Below, piece by piece: positions 27,995-37,843 of a stretch of 64,000 nucleotides of DNA; position 1 is the first letter of the stretch, and each line of letters begins with the position of its first letter. The stretch lies in IMG/VR virus record IMGVR_UViG_3300043080_000590, positions 258,386 through 322,385 of that record, one strand, 5' to 3'. The DNA comes from a virus. Lineage: Duplodnaviria > Heunggongvirae > Uroviricota > Caudoviricetes. The notes under the pieces were generated by a model that saw only the letters and a list, made by a program, of their open reading frames with translations, was not told the origin of the DNA and made no database searches. A program made the position numbers and the translations under genes.

Positions 27995-30250
27995 TTGATA
28001 ATCAAGACTTTACATTTAAAAGGTTTCACTTCATATATTGATTCTGAAATGACTTTTGATACAAATGATAAGTTTATTGCAACTATTACAGCTCCAAACG
28101 GTTCTGGTAAATCTTCTATACTTGAAGCTATTACTACTGCTTTATTTTATAGAGCAAGAGGTGTAGATAGTAGAGGTACAGGTATGGATGACCTAATAAA
28201 CAATGAATGTGATTCTTTTGAAATTACATTAGAGTTTATTATGGATAATAATGATTATAAAATAATTAGAAAGAAAACAAGAGGTGGAAAACATGAATTA
28301 GAGTTTTTTGTCAATAATGTATCTCAAACAGAAAAGATAAATGACACACAAGATAAGATAAATAAAGTTATTAAAATGAACTATGATACATTTTTAGATA
28401 CTGTTTGTATTGGACAGGGTAAGTCTGATAACTTTATGAAGAAAAAGCCTAATGAGAGAAAAGATGTATTTGTTGAAATTCTTAATTTAAATCAATTTGA
28501 AGTATTAGAAAAACATACTAAGGATTTAAAGAAAGAGTTATCTACACAACTTATTGAAAAAGAAAATACTTTATATTTGTTGCAGGACAGTGTAAGTAAA
28601 GAAGATGAATATAATTCCTTAATTACTCAATATTCTTCTTATGCTAAAGATTTTAATAATAAAATATTAGATAAGGAAATAGAATTAAAGAAAGTAAGAG
28701 AAGAAAAAGCTCAATATGATTTAATTATTAAACAGAACGAACAACTTTTAAATCATAAAAAGAATATTTATTCTTCTATCAACAATACAAAGAATAAAAT
28801 ATCTACTACTGAAAATAAAGTTAATTCTTTTAATACTAAAATAAATAATTTAAAAGTTAAGTTTGTTAATAATAAGAAGAATATTGTTAATTATCAAGAG
28901 AATATAAAAGAATATGAGGAAGAATTAAATAGTATTGTTATTGAAGAAACAAATGATGATAAGACTTCAATAAATAATCAGATAGAAGAAATATTACAAC
29001 ATAAGAATGATTTAGAAACAGAAAAGACACAGCACTTAACTAATATTAAATCATTTAAGAACCAAATTGCTGAATATAAAACACAGTATAATAATTTAAA
29101 TGAATATAATAAGGGTGAATGTGAATTTTGTGGTAATGAAATTACTGCTGAACATAAAGAAAAACATTTAAATGATTTAACTAAGAAGATAAATGCTCTT
29201 ACTGAGAATATTGAAGAAAATAATAAACTTTGCGAAGATATTGTTGGTAAGGTTAATGAATTAAAAACTAAATATGTTTCTTATAAAAATGCTTTAAATG
29301 ATATTGATGAAAAAGTAAAAGAAATAAATAAATTAAAAATACGACAAGAGAAATTAAATTCTGCTATTTCTAATTATACGGATAAGATAACTTCTTTAAA
29401 AGAAGAAATGGCTGAAATTAAAGAACAAAAGACAGAGTATGATAATGAAATTATTTCTTTAAATAAAGAAATAGAAGATTTAAAAAATGAATTAATAGAT
29501 TTTAACAAGCAGTATGAAGAATGTAGTGTTGAAGAAATTGAAACTAAAACATTTAATGATGGTGAGTTAGAATTTGATATTTCTAATTTAAGAGATAAAT
29601 TAGTAAAGGCTGAATCTAACAAAGCTGTTTATGAAGAAAAGATAGTGGAAATAAATAATAATAAACAGAAATTAAATGAAGTATTGAAAGAAATTGAAGA
29701 TATAACTACGCAAATATCTGACTATGAATCTTTAATTGAAGCTTTCGGTAAGAAAGGTATACAAGCTAATATTATTGCTAATGTATTACCTGATGTAGAG
29801 AATGAAATAAATGAAGTATTAGATGTTTTATTTAATAATTCTACTACAATAGAATTTATTACGCAGAAAGACGATAAGAAAACAAAAGCTAAGAAAGAAA
29901 TATCTTTAGAAACATTAGATATAGTTATTCACGATAAAGATAGAGATAGAAATTATGAAACTTATAGTGGTGGAGAAAAGTTCAGAATCGACTTTGCGTG
30001 TCATATAGGTATGGCTAAATTCTTAGCTAAGAGAGCTAAAGCTAATATAGAGTTCTTTATGATTGATGAGGGATTAGGTAGTCAAGATGATGAAGGTAGA
30101 GAGAATTTTATATTAACTGTAAATAAGTTAAGTGATATGTTTAAACAGATATTTATAATTACTCATATAGATGAAGTAAAGGATGCTTTTGATAAAAAGA
30201 TAATTATAAATAAAGATAATGTTTATGGCTCAAAAATTGAAGTACTTTAA
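27995..30250 (+). CDS. SbcC/Rad50-family SMC-like recombination ATPase
   Basis: Walker A APNGSGKSS, a long coiled coil, a zinc hook CEFC, the signature YSGGEKF and the Walker B/D-loop FFMIDEGLGSQDDE. Confidence 0.75.
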   Translation: MIIKTLHLKGFTSYIDSEMTFDTNDKFIATITAPNGSGKSSILEAITTALFYRARGVDSRGTGMDDLINNECDSFEITLEFIMDNNDYKIIRKKTRGGKHELEFFVNNVSQTEKINDTQDKINKVIKMNYDTFLDTVCIGQGKSDNFMKKKPNERKDVFVEILNLNQFEVLEKHTKDLKKELSTQLIEKENTLYLLQDSVSKEDEYNSLITQYSSYAKDFNNKILDKEIELKKVREEKAQYDLIIKQNEQLLNHKKNIYSSINNTKNKISTTENKVNSFNTKINNLKVKFVNNKKNIVNYQENIKEYEEELNSIVIEETNDDKTSINNQIEEILQHKNDLETEKTQHLTNIKSFKNQIAEYKTQYNNLNEYNKGECEFCGNEITAEHKEKHLNDLTKKINALTENIEENNKLCEDIVGKVNELKTKYVSYKNALNDIDEKVKEINKLKIRQEKLNSAISNYTDKITSLKEEMAEIKEQKTEYDNEIISLNKEIEDLKNELIDFNKQYEECSVEEIETKTFNDGELEFDISNLRDKLVKAESNKAVYEEKIVEINNNKQKLNEVLKEIEDITTQISDYESLIEAFGKKGIQANIIANVLPDVENEINEVLDVLFNNSTTIEFITQKDDKKTKAKKEISLETLDIVIHDKDRDRNYETYSGGEKFRIDFACHIGMAKFLAKRAKANIEFFMIDEGLGSQDDEGRENFILTVNKLSDMFKQIFIITHIDEVKDAFDKKIIINKDNVYGSKIEVL

Positions 30251-30374
30251 TTAGATTTTGTAAATTATAAATATATGAAATTATAATTATAGAGTTTTTT
30301 TGTTTTTAAGTTATAGATATAAGGTCGTAAAAAATAAAAAAATGAAAAAAATAAACATTTTTTGTTAAAAACAC

Positions 30375-30403
30375 TTGACAAAAAATGTATATTGTAGTAG
30401 AAT
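30375..30403 (+). promoter_or_regulatory. Sigma-A-type promoter (TTGACA-17-TAGAAT)
   Basis: TTGACA at 30375-30380 and TAGAAT at 30398-30403. It lies upstream of the HU gene. Confidence 0.55.
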
Positions 30404-30487
30404 GAAGCTATCAAATAGAAAACAATGTTTGATAAAGCAATAAAAAATCATTATACAAAAAAATAAAAAAGAAAGGAAATTAAAAAA

Positions 30488-30775
30488 ATGACAAAGAAAG
30501 AATTTGCACAGAAGGTAGCAGAAAGACTTGACACAACACAGGCAAATGCAGCAAGAAGCATTGATGCAGTTTTTGACATTCTTGCAGAAACATTAGAGGC
30601 TAATGATACATATAGCCAGCAGGGTTTTGGTACATTCAAGACTAAGAAGCAGGATGCCGCAACAAGAAGAAATCCTGCAACAGGTGAGGTTATGGAGTGT
30701 CCTGCAAAGTATGTTCCTAAGTTTTCTTATTCACCAAAGGTTAAGACTGCAATCGCAAGCATTACAGTTGAGTAA
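30488..30775 (+). CDS. hup: HU/IHF-family histone-like DNA-binding protein
   Basis: The GFGTFKTKKQDAATRRNPATGE arm motif is present. The gene is markedly more GC-rich than its surroundings. Confidence 0.85.
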   Translation: MTKKEFAQKVAERLDTTQANAARSIDAVFDILAETLEANDTYSQQGFGTFKTKKQDAATRRNPATGEVMECPAKYVPKFSYSPKVKTAIASITVE

Positions 30776-30814
30776 TTTGGTTATTAGCTATAAGTAAAAA
30801 CCTTCTTTCAAGAG

Positions 30815-30851
30815 AAATGTAGATAAGTATTTTGCTTATCTACATTTTTTA
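30815..30851 (+). terminator. Rho-independent terminator
   Basis: Hairpin atgtagataag(tattttg)cttatctacat followed by TTTTT. Confidence 0.7.
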
Positions 30852-30868
30852 TAACACAGAGGAATACT

Positions 30869-31615
30869 ATGAAAATATTAAAAAGATTATTACCAATTAT
30901 ATTTATTTTAATATTATGGGGTATAGGTAGTTTATTTACAAAACCTTTATTTTTACCATCGCCGATAAAAGTATTTAATACATTTATCTCTTTATTACAA
31001 AATGGTATGCTAGTAAAAGGGTTTGTATATTCATTTATTAGAATATCTATTGCAACATTATTATCAATGTCTATAAGTGTTATTTTATCTATTTTAATTA
31101 TGAATAGTAAAGTAATTGATGATTTAATGACACCTATAACGAATTTTTTAAGATATTTACCTATTACAGCATTTTATCCATTGTTAATGATGTGGTGCGG
31201 AATAAATGAAAGAATGAAAATAAGTTTTTTATTTTTAGCAACTTTTGTTTATTTTTTACCTACATTAGTTTTAACAATGAAAGATATAGACCAAAATCTA
31301 ATAGATACGGCATTAACAATAGGAGTTAAAAAATATCAGTTAGTATATAGAATAATCTTACCTTATTGCTTACCTGTTATTTGTAAGACTTATTTAATGA
31401 TGTATGGAATTGGTTGGACTTATATAGTGATTGCTGAAACAGTAAATGCTAAGTTTGGATTAGGGCATTTAATAAATGTTGCAACGTCAAGAGGTAGAAC
31501 TGACCAAGTATTTGTTGTATTGATAATAATTATTTTATTTAGTTATTTATTTGATACATTATGCTCTTATGTAATTGAAAAAATATTTAAATGGAAATAT
31601 ACAGAAAGGAAGTAA
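30869..31615 (+). CDS. ABC transporter permease, NitT/TauT (SsuC/TauC-like) family
   Basis: It has 6 TM helices and matches BPD_transp_1-type sequence (…IAETVNAKFGLGHLI…). Confidence 0.7.
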   Translation: MKILKRLLPIIFILILWGIGSLFTKPLFLPSPIKVFNTFISLLQNGMLVKGFVYSFIRISIATLLSMSISVILSILIMNSKVIDDLMTPITNFLRYLPITAFYPLLMMWCGINERMKISFLFLATFVYFLPTLVLTMKDIDQNLIDTALTIGVKKYQLVYRIILPYCLPVICKTYLMMYGIGWTYIVIAETVNAKFGLGHLINVATSRGRTDQVFVVLIIIILFSYLFDTLCSYVIEKIFKWKYTERK

Positions 31616-31619
31616 TATA

Positions 31620-32429
31620 ATGAATAATAAAAACAATAAAGATAAGTTTAATTTTTTAAAATCTATAATTATTATAGGTGTTATCGTTTTAATTTTAATT
31701 ATATTGTTACTTTGTTCAATAAGAGTTGTTCCTGGCGGTTCAACAGGTGTAGTAGTTAGATTAGGTGCAATACAAGAAGATACTTTAAAAGAAGGTTCAA
31801 GCTTTGTTACACCATTTATTACAAAAGTTGTTAAAATAAATAATAAAGTAGTAAGAACTGATGTAACAGGTACTTCTGCTTCTAAAGATTTACAAACAGT
31901 AACATTTACTGTATCTGTTAATTATCAAGTAATTCCTGAAAAGTCTGCTTACATATATAGAACATTAGGTGAAGATTACGAAAATGTAGCATTAAGACCT
32001 GCTGTACAAGAATGTGTAAAGTCTGTTGTATCTAAATATACAGCAGAAGAATGTATTACTAATAGACAAGAATTAAGTACTCAAATGAAAGAGGAATTAA
32101 ATCATAAAGTCTATGAGTATGGTATTGTTGTAGCAGATATAAATGTAATAAATTTTGATTTCTCAGCTGAATTTAATGCTGCAATTGAACAAAAAACTAC
32201 TGCACAGCAAAACGCTTTAAAGGCTGAACAAGATTTAGCAAGAATTAAAATAGAGGGAGAACAAAAGATTGCACAGGCAGAAGCTGAAGCAAAGGCAAAT
32301 GAGATTAAAAATGCTCAAATTACCGATAATACTTTAAAAATGAAGTTCATTGAAAAATGGAATGGTGAACTTCCTGCTGTTGTTGGTTCAGAGGATAATT
32401 TATTTAGTGTAGATAATTTCATAAAATAA
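31620..32429 (+). CDS. SPFH/band-7 (stomatin/prohibitin/HflC-like) membrane protein
   Basis: An N-terminal TM helix is followed by an SPFH core (VVPGGSTGVVVRLGA...) and a C-terminal A/E/Q-rich coiled coil. The start was moved to the ATG at 31620, after RBS GGAAG. The ORF-track start overlaps the permease. Confidence 0.7.
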   Translation: MNNKNNKDKFNFLKSIIIIGVIVLILIILLLCSIRVVPGGSTGVVVRLGAIQEDTLKEGSSFVTPFITKVVKINNKVVRTDVTGTSASKDLQTVTFTVSVNYQVIPEKSAYIYRTLGEDYENVALRPAVQECVKSVVSKYTAEECITNRQELSTQMKEELNHKVYEYGIVVADINVINFDFSAEFNAAIEQKTTAQQNALKAEQDLARIKIEGEQKIAQAEAEAKANEIKNAQITDNTLKMKFIEKWNGELPAVVGSEDNLFSVDNFIK

Positions 32430-32523
32430 TTTTTCAGACAAGAGGACTTACTAAAAGTCCTCTTATTTTTATATTTTAAATATTTATTTTAATTATAAAT
32501 AAATATAAGGAGCGTTTTTGTTT

Positions 32524-33642
32524 ATGAAAAATAGAATTTTAAAAAGATTATCTGCAATTAATTTGACAGATAAGGAAGAAAATTTTTTATTTTTACTTGA
32601 AGATTTAGATTTTGGTAAGGCTACAATTAATGATATAAGAAAAGAATTGTCAAATGGTGAGAAAACAATAAATGATATTGCTAAAGAATTAAAACTTACT
32701 GATGAGAAATTAGATGGTTTTGATTTAGGTGAGGATGAAAAAGCTAATAAAGATTCATTTAGTGCAGGTACTACTAAAGCACTTAAAGATTTTATTAAAG
32801 ATAATAGATTTCCAATAGAAGATTTAAAAGATATTGGTGATATGGTAAATAGTAGTAATACAGCTTTCTTTGAAAGTTTAGTAAAGGCTGATAGTAGAAA
32901 AGAATTTAGTGCTGATGTTTATATTAAAGCATTACAGTTAAATGACCAGTATAGTTCTGATAAGATGGATAAGCTTATTGTTTATCTTTCAAATGTTAAG
33001 AGAAAAGTAAGTTTAAATACTCTTGATTATTTTGAAAATATGTTTTTACCAGCAGATATTGAAAAACTTTCTGACGATAGATTTAAACATACTTTTATTG
33101 CAAGTGGTACACTTAATGCTGTTGCTTCTTTAGCAAAAGTTCCTAGGTCATCAGAATTAGTAAATGATATTATTACTGTAATGGTTGATTTTGACGTACA
33201 TCACGCAATTGCTAATATGGTTTATTGTTATTTGAAGAATAAGAATAATATGGACTTAATGGAAGAATTTTGCGAGGAAGTTCCAAGAGCAGACAAGGGT
33301 ACAGAAGATGATGCTGCTTGGAAAGTAATTAGAAGAATCCTTGCTGAAAATGATAGAAGTTTCGCAGAGTTTGTTTTGGATGATTTAGGTATTGTAAAGA
33401 AATTCTTAAATGATGATGAAGCAATGAAAGATATGGAAGATTTGTATGAGGAATACAAGGGCAATGCAACAAAGTTTAAGATTTTTAAAGATTGTCTTGC
33501 AGATGGCATAATTGATGAAGAAGAAATTTCAGAAATAATGTTCCAGAATGATACTGATAGAGAACATTTTGAGGATGAAGAAGAATATATCAATACATAT
33601 AGCAAGAGAAATAAAATTCGTATGAGAATGGGTAAAAGATAA
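32524..33642 (+). CDS. Acidic hypothetical protein
   Basis: About 372-aa ORF with RBS AAGGAG. Confidence 0.45.
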   Translation: MKNRILKRLSAINLTDKEENFLFLLEDLDFGKATINDIRKELSNGEKTINDIAKELKLTDEKLDGFDLGEDEKANKDSFSAGTTKALKDFIKDNRFPIEDLKDIGDMVNSSNTAFFESLVKADSRKEFSADVYIKALQLNDQYSSDKMDKLIVYLSNVKRKVSLNTLDYFENMFLPADIEKLSDDRFKHTFIASGTLNAVASLAKVPRSSELVNDIITVMVDFDVHHAIANMVYCYLKNKNNMDLMEEFCEEVPRADKGTEDDAAWKVIRRILAENDRSFAEFVLDDLGIVKKFLNDDEAMKDMEDLYEEYKGNATKFKIFKDCLADGIIDEEEISEIMFQNDTDREHFEDEEEYINTYSKRNKIRMRMGKR

Positions 33643-33659
33643 TTATATAAAATTATTAT

Positions 33660-33690
33660 AAGGGAACTTTATTGAGTTCCCTTTTTTATA
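33660..33690 (+). terminator. Rho-independent terminator; a second hairpin plus T-run lies at 33741-33772
   Basis: agggaact...agttccct followed by TTTTTT, then agtagttt...aaactact followed by TTTTTTTT. Confidence 0.65.
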
Positions 33691-33798
33691 TTTTGAAAAA
33701 TCATTCAATAATACTAAAAGAAAATATGTATAGTTTACTTAGTAGTTTAAAAAAACTACTTCTTTTTTTTATATTTTAAAAAAAGGTAGGTGATATAA

Positions 33799-34065
33799 AT
33801 GAATGAAAGTTTAACAGTAGAAATTTCTTCATATACAAAGGAAGATAAGCTTATTACAAGTGAAAAATTTGATATACCGCTTAAATTATTTAGTGACCAA
33901 ATGTTTATTCCTATTTTCTATAATGGTCTTAAAAAAACATATTATGACAATGATGTAATTGAAAATTATGAAGAAACACATAATGGTTTCTGTGAAGTTA
34001 CAATTAAGGCTTTTAATAAAAAATTAAATGCTAAAGTAGTAACAGATATAAAAAGAAACTTCTAA
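33799..34065 (+). CDS. Hypothetical protein (88 aa)
   Basis: RBS GGTAGGTG. Confidence 0.35.
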   Translation: MNESLTVEISSYTKEDKLITSEKFDIPLKLFSDQMFIPIFYNGLKKTYYDNDVIENYEETHNGFCEVTIKAFNKKLNAKVVTDIKRNF

Positions 34066-34083
34066 AAATAATTATTAAAAACA

Positions 34084-34112
34084 TTGACAATGTTTAAAAT
34101 TTGTTGTATAAT
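34084..34112 (+). promoter_or_regulatory. Sigma-A-type promoter (TTGACA-17-TATAAT)
   Basis: TTGACA at 34084-34089 and TATAAT at 34107-34112. It lies inside the ORF-track start of the ATPase gene, which implies a downstream start codon. Confidence 0.6.
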
Positions 34113-34154
34113 GAACTTGTTAAAATACCTATATTTTATGGAGGTACAACCGAA

Positions 34155-34751
34155 GTGATTATTAAAAATTTACATTTTCAATATGATAATAATATTGTTT
34201 TTGATAAATTAAATTTAAAATTTGAAGATAATCAAATAAATTGTATTGTTGGTAAATCTGGTGTAGGCAAATCTACATTATTAAAATGTATTGCAGGTTT
34301 GTTAAAATATAAGGGAGATATTTTAATAAATGATGAAAAAATAAATATTGATGATGTTTTTATGATGCACCAAAGCTATACTAATTTTCCTTGGCTTACT
34401 TGTTTAGATAATGTTTTATTCCCTATAAAAATAAAAAGAAAAATAAATAGTGAAGATAAACAGCAAGCTATTGATTTGTTAAATAAAGTAGGACTTAAAA
34501 ATAATTTAAATGATTATCCCAATCAATTATCAGGTGGTATGCAACAAAGACTAGCATTAGCAAGAACATTATTAATACAACCTAAAATATTACTTATGGA
34601 CGAACCATTATCCGCATTGGATAATAATACAAGAACTCAAATGCAAAACCTAATATTAGACTTACACAATTCTATACATAACACAATTATTCTTGTTACG
34701 CATAGTGAATATGAAGCTAAATTATTAGGTGATAAAATAACAAAATTATAA
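34155..34751 (+). CDS. ABC transporter ATP-binding protein (NitT/TauT family)
   Basis: Walker A GKSGVGKST, ABC signature LSGGMQQR and Walker B LLMDEP. The start is reassigned to the GTG at 34155, after GGAGGT. Confidence 0.75.
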   Translation: MIIKNLHFQYDNNIVFDKLNLKFEDNQINCIVGKSGVGKSTLLKCIAGLLKYKGDILINDEKINIDDVFMMHQSYTNFPWLTCLDNVLFPIKIKRKINSEDKQQAIDLLNKVGLKNNLNDYPNQLSGGMQQRLALARTLLIQPKILLMDEPLSALDNNTRTQMQNLILDLHNSIHNTIILVTHSEYEAKLLGDKITKL

Positions 34752-34771
34752 AAGAAAGGAAGTTTTTACTT

Positions 34772-35320
34772 ATGGCAAAAAGTTTATTTGAAAAATTAGG
34801 ATTGGTGGAAAGTGAACCTATACAACCTATTTCTTATGACGTTGAAGATATATCGTCTGATGATACAGAAGAAGAAATAGAAACAACAGATTTTAATGAG
34901 GAATTGATTTATCCTGATGAAATTTATAAAAATGCTAAATACGAAAATGAAAATAGTATTTATAAAATTCAGGAATTTAAAGAGGCATTACCTAAAACAA
35001 TGTCAACAGAAATGATGAAGCAATCAGTTTTGGGTATATTAAAACCTACTAACTTAGATGTAAATGATTTAATTGAAGATGGTAAGGCAAGAATAAATAT
35101 CTTAAATCATAATATAGCATCTCTTAATGCAGAAAAAAATGATTATGTAGATATTCTTTCAAAAGAAATTGCCGAATTACAGGCTAAGATAGAAAAGAAT
35201 AAAATTGATATAAATAATAAAGAAGTTTTCTCTGCAAAGCAATTAAGTGTAATTGAAGATGAAATTAATAAGATAAATAGTATAATTAATTTCATTAGTA
35301 GTTCTACGGAAGGAGAATAA
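34772..35320 (+). CDS. Acidic coiled-coil protein
   Basis: 182 aa. Confidence 0.4.
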   Translation: MAKSLFEKLGLVESEPIQPISYDVEDISSDDTEEEIETTDFNEELIYPDEIYKNAKYENENSIYKIQEFKEALPKTMSTEMMKQSVLGILKPTNLDVNDLIEDGKARINILNHNIASLNAEKNDYVDILSKEIAELQAKIEKNKIDINNKEVFSAKQLSVIEDEINKINSIINFISSSTEGE

Positions 35321-35323
35321 AAA

Positions 35324-36127
35324 ATGATTAATGGCACGTTATTTGGAATAGGTGCAGTATTAGCAATATTGGCAACAACCAAAGTTTTATTTCCTAATGC
35401 TAAATTATTTATTCTTATTGAAGGTTTCTTTAGTGGTTGGGTAGAAGATAAAACTAAAACCCCTGACGGAGCTAAAGCTGTATATAATAAAAAAATTCAA
35501 GAATTACAAGAATCATATAATAAGGCAAATGATACTTTACAAAAAGTAACAGGTAGAAAAATGACAATTCAAAAAGAATTAGATAGTTATACGGAAGAAT
35601 TATCTAGTATAGAAAAGAATTGTGAAGCGTTAGCAAAGAAACAAATGTTTGATAAGATAGAACCTTTATCAGAACGTAGAGAAGATATTCTTTTAGAAAT
35701 AGAGCAAAGGAAACACATTCTTGAAGAATTAATTCCGCAGGTTGAAGAAGCTAAAATGATAAATACTAAACTTCAAGAAAACCTTTCTAATATGAAAAAA
35801 GAAAAAGAGAGAATTTTAAGAGAATTAGAAACTAAGAAGCAAATGAAAGAAATCTATGATGAAATGGATGAACTTAAAAATGTTTCAACAACAAATCAGA
35901 TGATAAATACAGTTCGTGAAGGAGTTAAGGAGCTTTCAGAACAGGCTGAGGGTGCTAAAGAGATTTATAATAATAAAAAGTCTACTAAGTATGAAAGAGC
36001 CAAAGAAGAAGCTCAAAAAGCCATATCTTCTAATTATGTAGAAGAATTAAAAAAGAAATATGGTAATAATTCTACTAAGACAAATAGTGCTGAGGTAGAG
36101 AAACAAAAAGTAACTGTTAAAGCTTAA
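35324..36127 (+). CDS. Membrane-anchored long coiled-coil protein, PspA/IM30-like organisation
   Basis: An N-terminal TM helix is followed by about 230 aa of heptad-rich coiled coil. RBS GGAAGGAG. Confidence 0.3.
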   Translation: MINGTLFGIGAVLAILATTKVLFPNAKLFILIEGFFSGWVEDKTKTPDGAKAVYNKKIQELQESYNKANDTLQKVTGRKMTIQKELDSYTEELSSIEKNCEALAKKQMFDKIEPLSERREDILLEIEQRKHILEELIPQVEEAKMINTKLQENLSNMKKEKERILRELETKKQMKEIYDEMDELKNVSTTNQMINTVREGVKELSEQAEGAKEIYNNKKSTKYERAKEEAQKAISSNYVEELKKKYGNNSTKTNSAEVEKQKVTVKA

Positions 36128-36208
36128 TTTTGTTGTTTAGAGAAAAATTCTCTTTACATATATACTATTTATAATACTTTTTTAAAAAGAAAGGAGCAGT
36201 ACAAAACA

Positions 36209-37762
36209 ATGTTGAGATTGACAACAAAAGGGAAAATTGCCATTTTAATTTTGCTTTTAATTATTATTGGCGTAGCAGGATTCTTTGGTGTAAAAAAGGG
36301 TTGGATTAAGACAGGTAATATTAAAGAAAAGATTGAAAATATTACTTCTTCTGTTGGTTCAACAAGTAAGGCAAGTAAGAGTAAAACAACGCAGGAAAAG
36401 ACCAATGTAATCAATTTATCTTATGACGAATGGACAGGGTGGAAAGAGATTTTAGATGCTCAATCAAGAGGATATTATGATGAAGAAGGTATTACTGTTA
36501 ATATCAGTGTAATGAATGATGCTACTGATAGTTCTAATGCTTTAATTAGCGGAGATTTAGATGCAGCAGGTTATACTGTTAATAGATATGCTTTCTTAAT
36601 GGATAAATTCAAGCAGAACAATGTTGATGTTGCAATGCCTATTATTATTAATAGAAGTAGCGGAGGTGATGGCATTATTGCTGATGCTGATATCAATTCT
36701 ATTAAAGATTTAGTAGGTAAAAAGGTTGGTGTTCCAAGATTTAGCGAAGCACAAACTTTAGTTGAATGGTTTGTTTCTAAGTCTGATTTAACAGACGATG
36801 AAAAGAGTAAAATAGAATATGTATATTTTGATACACCTGACGAAACTGCAAGTGCTTATTTCGCAGGTGAAATAAATGCTGCTGCTACTTGGCAACCATA
36901 TTTAACACAAGCACAAGAAAGCACAGATAGTCATATTCTTATTGATACAAGCAATGCTACAAGTCTTGTATTGGACGGTATTGTATTTAGACAGGATTAT
37001 CTTGATGTAAATGCAGATACAGTTGAAAAGTTCATCAGAGCTACTTTAAAGGCTTATGATGATTACAACGATACTGATTATACAGCATTAAGAAATAATA
37101 TGTCTATGTTTTCAAGTATGAGTGATGAAGAAATTGCTGATACATTACCTGATGCAACATTATTAAATTGGAATGAAAATATGGAAGTATTAGCCGATGA
37201 AGCTGTTATTCTTTATAGAGATATGTCTAATATTTGGAATGATTTAGGAGAAACAGCTTATCCTGATATGGCAGAACAAGCATTTACTACTACATATATG
37301 AGTGCTTGTGAAGATTTAAAAACTGCTGATATAAAAACTGTTTCAGTTACAGCAGAACAAAAGGAAGAAGTTAAGAATAATTCAGATAATTATGATGCTT
37401 TAATAAATGCACAAGCAACAATTAACTTTAAGGCAAATTCAGCAGTATTTGCAGACCAAGAAGAAGCTGCTAAAGCATTAGACGAATTTGTTGATACTGC
37501 TAAAATGCTTGATGGTGCAATTATTATGATTGAGGGTAACTCAGCTAATACAAATGGTGCTACTGAAAATAGTGAGTTTGATATTAAACTTACAGAACAA
37601 AGAGCTAAGACTGTTGCTAATTATTTCATTAGTAAAGGTATTGATAGTTCAAGATTTATTACTGTTGGTAATGGTATTGGTAATCAGATAGCAGATAACT
37701 CCACAGAAGAAGGTAGAGCTAAGAATAGAAGAACTGATATTAAATTCATTATTGCTGAATAA
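36209..37762 (+). CDS. Fusion protein: NitT/TauT-family substrate-binding domain (NMT1/SsuA-like) plus C-terminal OmpA-like peptidoglycan-binding domain
   Basis: It has an N-terminal TM anchor. The SBP region is …DAAGYTVNRYAFLMDK…. The OmpA-C motif is TVANYFISKGIDSSRFITVGNGIGNQIADNSTEEGRAKNRRTDIKF. Confidence 0.65.
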   Translation: MLRLTTKGKIAILILLLIIIGVAGFFGVKKGWIKTGNIKEKIENITSSVGSTSKASKSKTTQEKTNVINLSYDEWTGWKEILDAQSRGYYDEEGITVNISVMNDATDSSNALISGDLDAAGYTVNRYAFLMDKFKQNNVDVAMPIIINRSSGGDGIIADADINSIKDLVGKKVGVPRFSEAQTLVEWFVSKSDLTDDEKSKIEYVYFDTPDETASAYFAGEINAAATWQPYLTQAQESTDSHILIDTSNATSLVLDGIVFRQDYLDVNADTVEKFIRATLKAYDDYNDTDYTALRNNMSMFSSMSDEEIADTLPDATLLNWNENMEVLADEAVILYRDMSNIWNDLGETAYPDMAEQAFTTTYMSACEDLKTADIKTVSVTAEQKEEVKNNSDNYDALINAQATINFKANSAVFADQEEAAKALDEFVDTAKMLDGAIIMIEGNSANTNGATENSEFDIKLTEQRAKTVANYFISKGIDSSRFITVGNGIGNQIADNSTEEGRAKNRRTDIKFIIAE

Positions 37763-37779
37763 TTATTCTAAATATTATA

Positions 37780-37815
37780 AAGACCTGATAATATTTCAGG
37801 TCTTTTTTATTTTTC
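37780..37815 (+). terminator. Rho-independent terminator
   Basis: Hairpin agacctga(taatattt)tcaggtct followed by TTTTTT. Confidence 0.7.
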
Positions 37816-37843
37816 TTAAAAGGACTTTTTTCGGGGGAATATT

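Noticed and set aside
30451-30797. ORFs 30451-30639 (-) and 30603-30797 (+) overlapping the HU gene
   Set aside because: They are antisense or out-of-frame shadows created by the unusually GC-rich HU coding sequence. HU in frame 30488-30775 has a clear family match.
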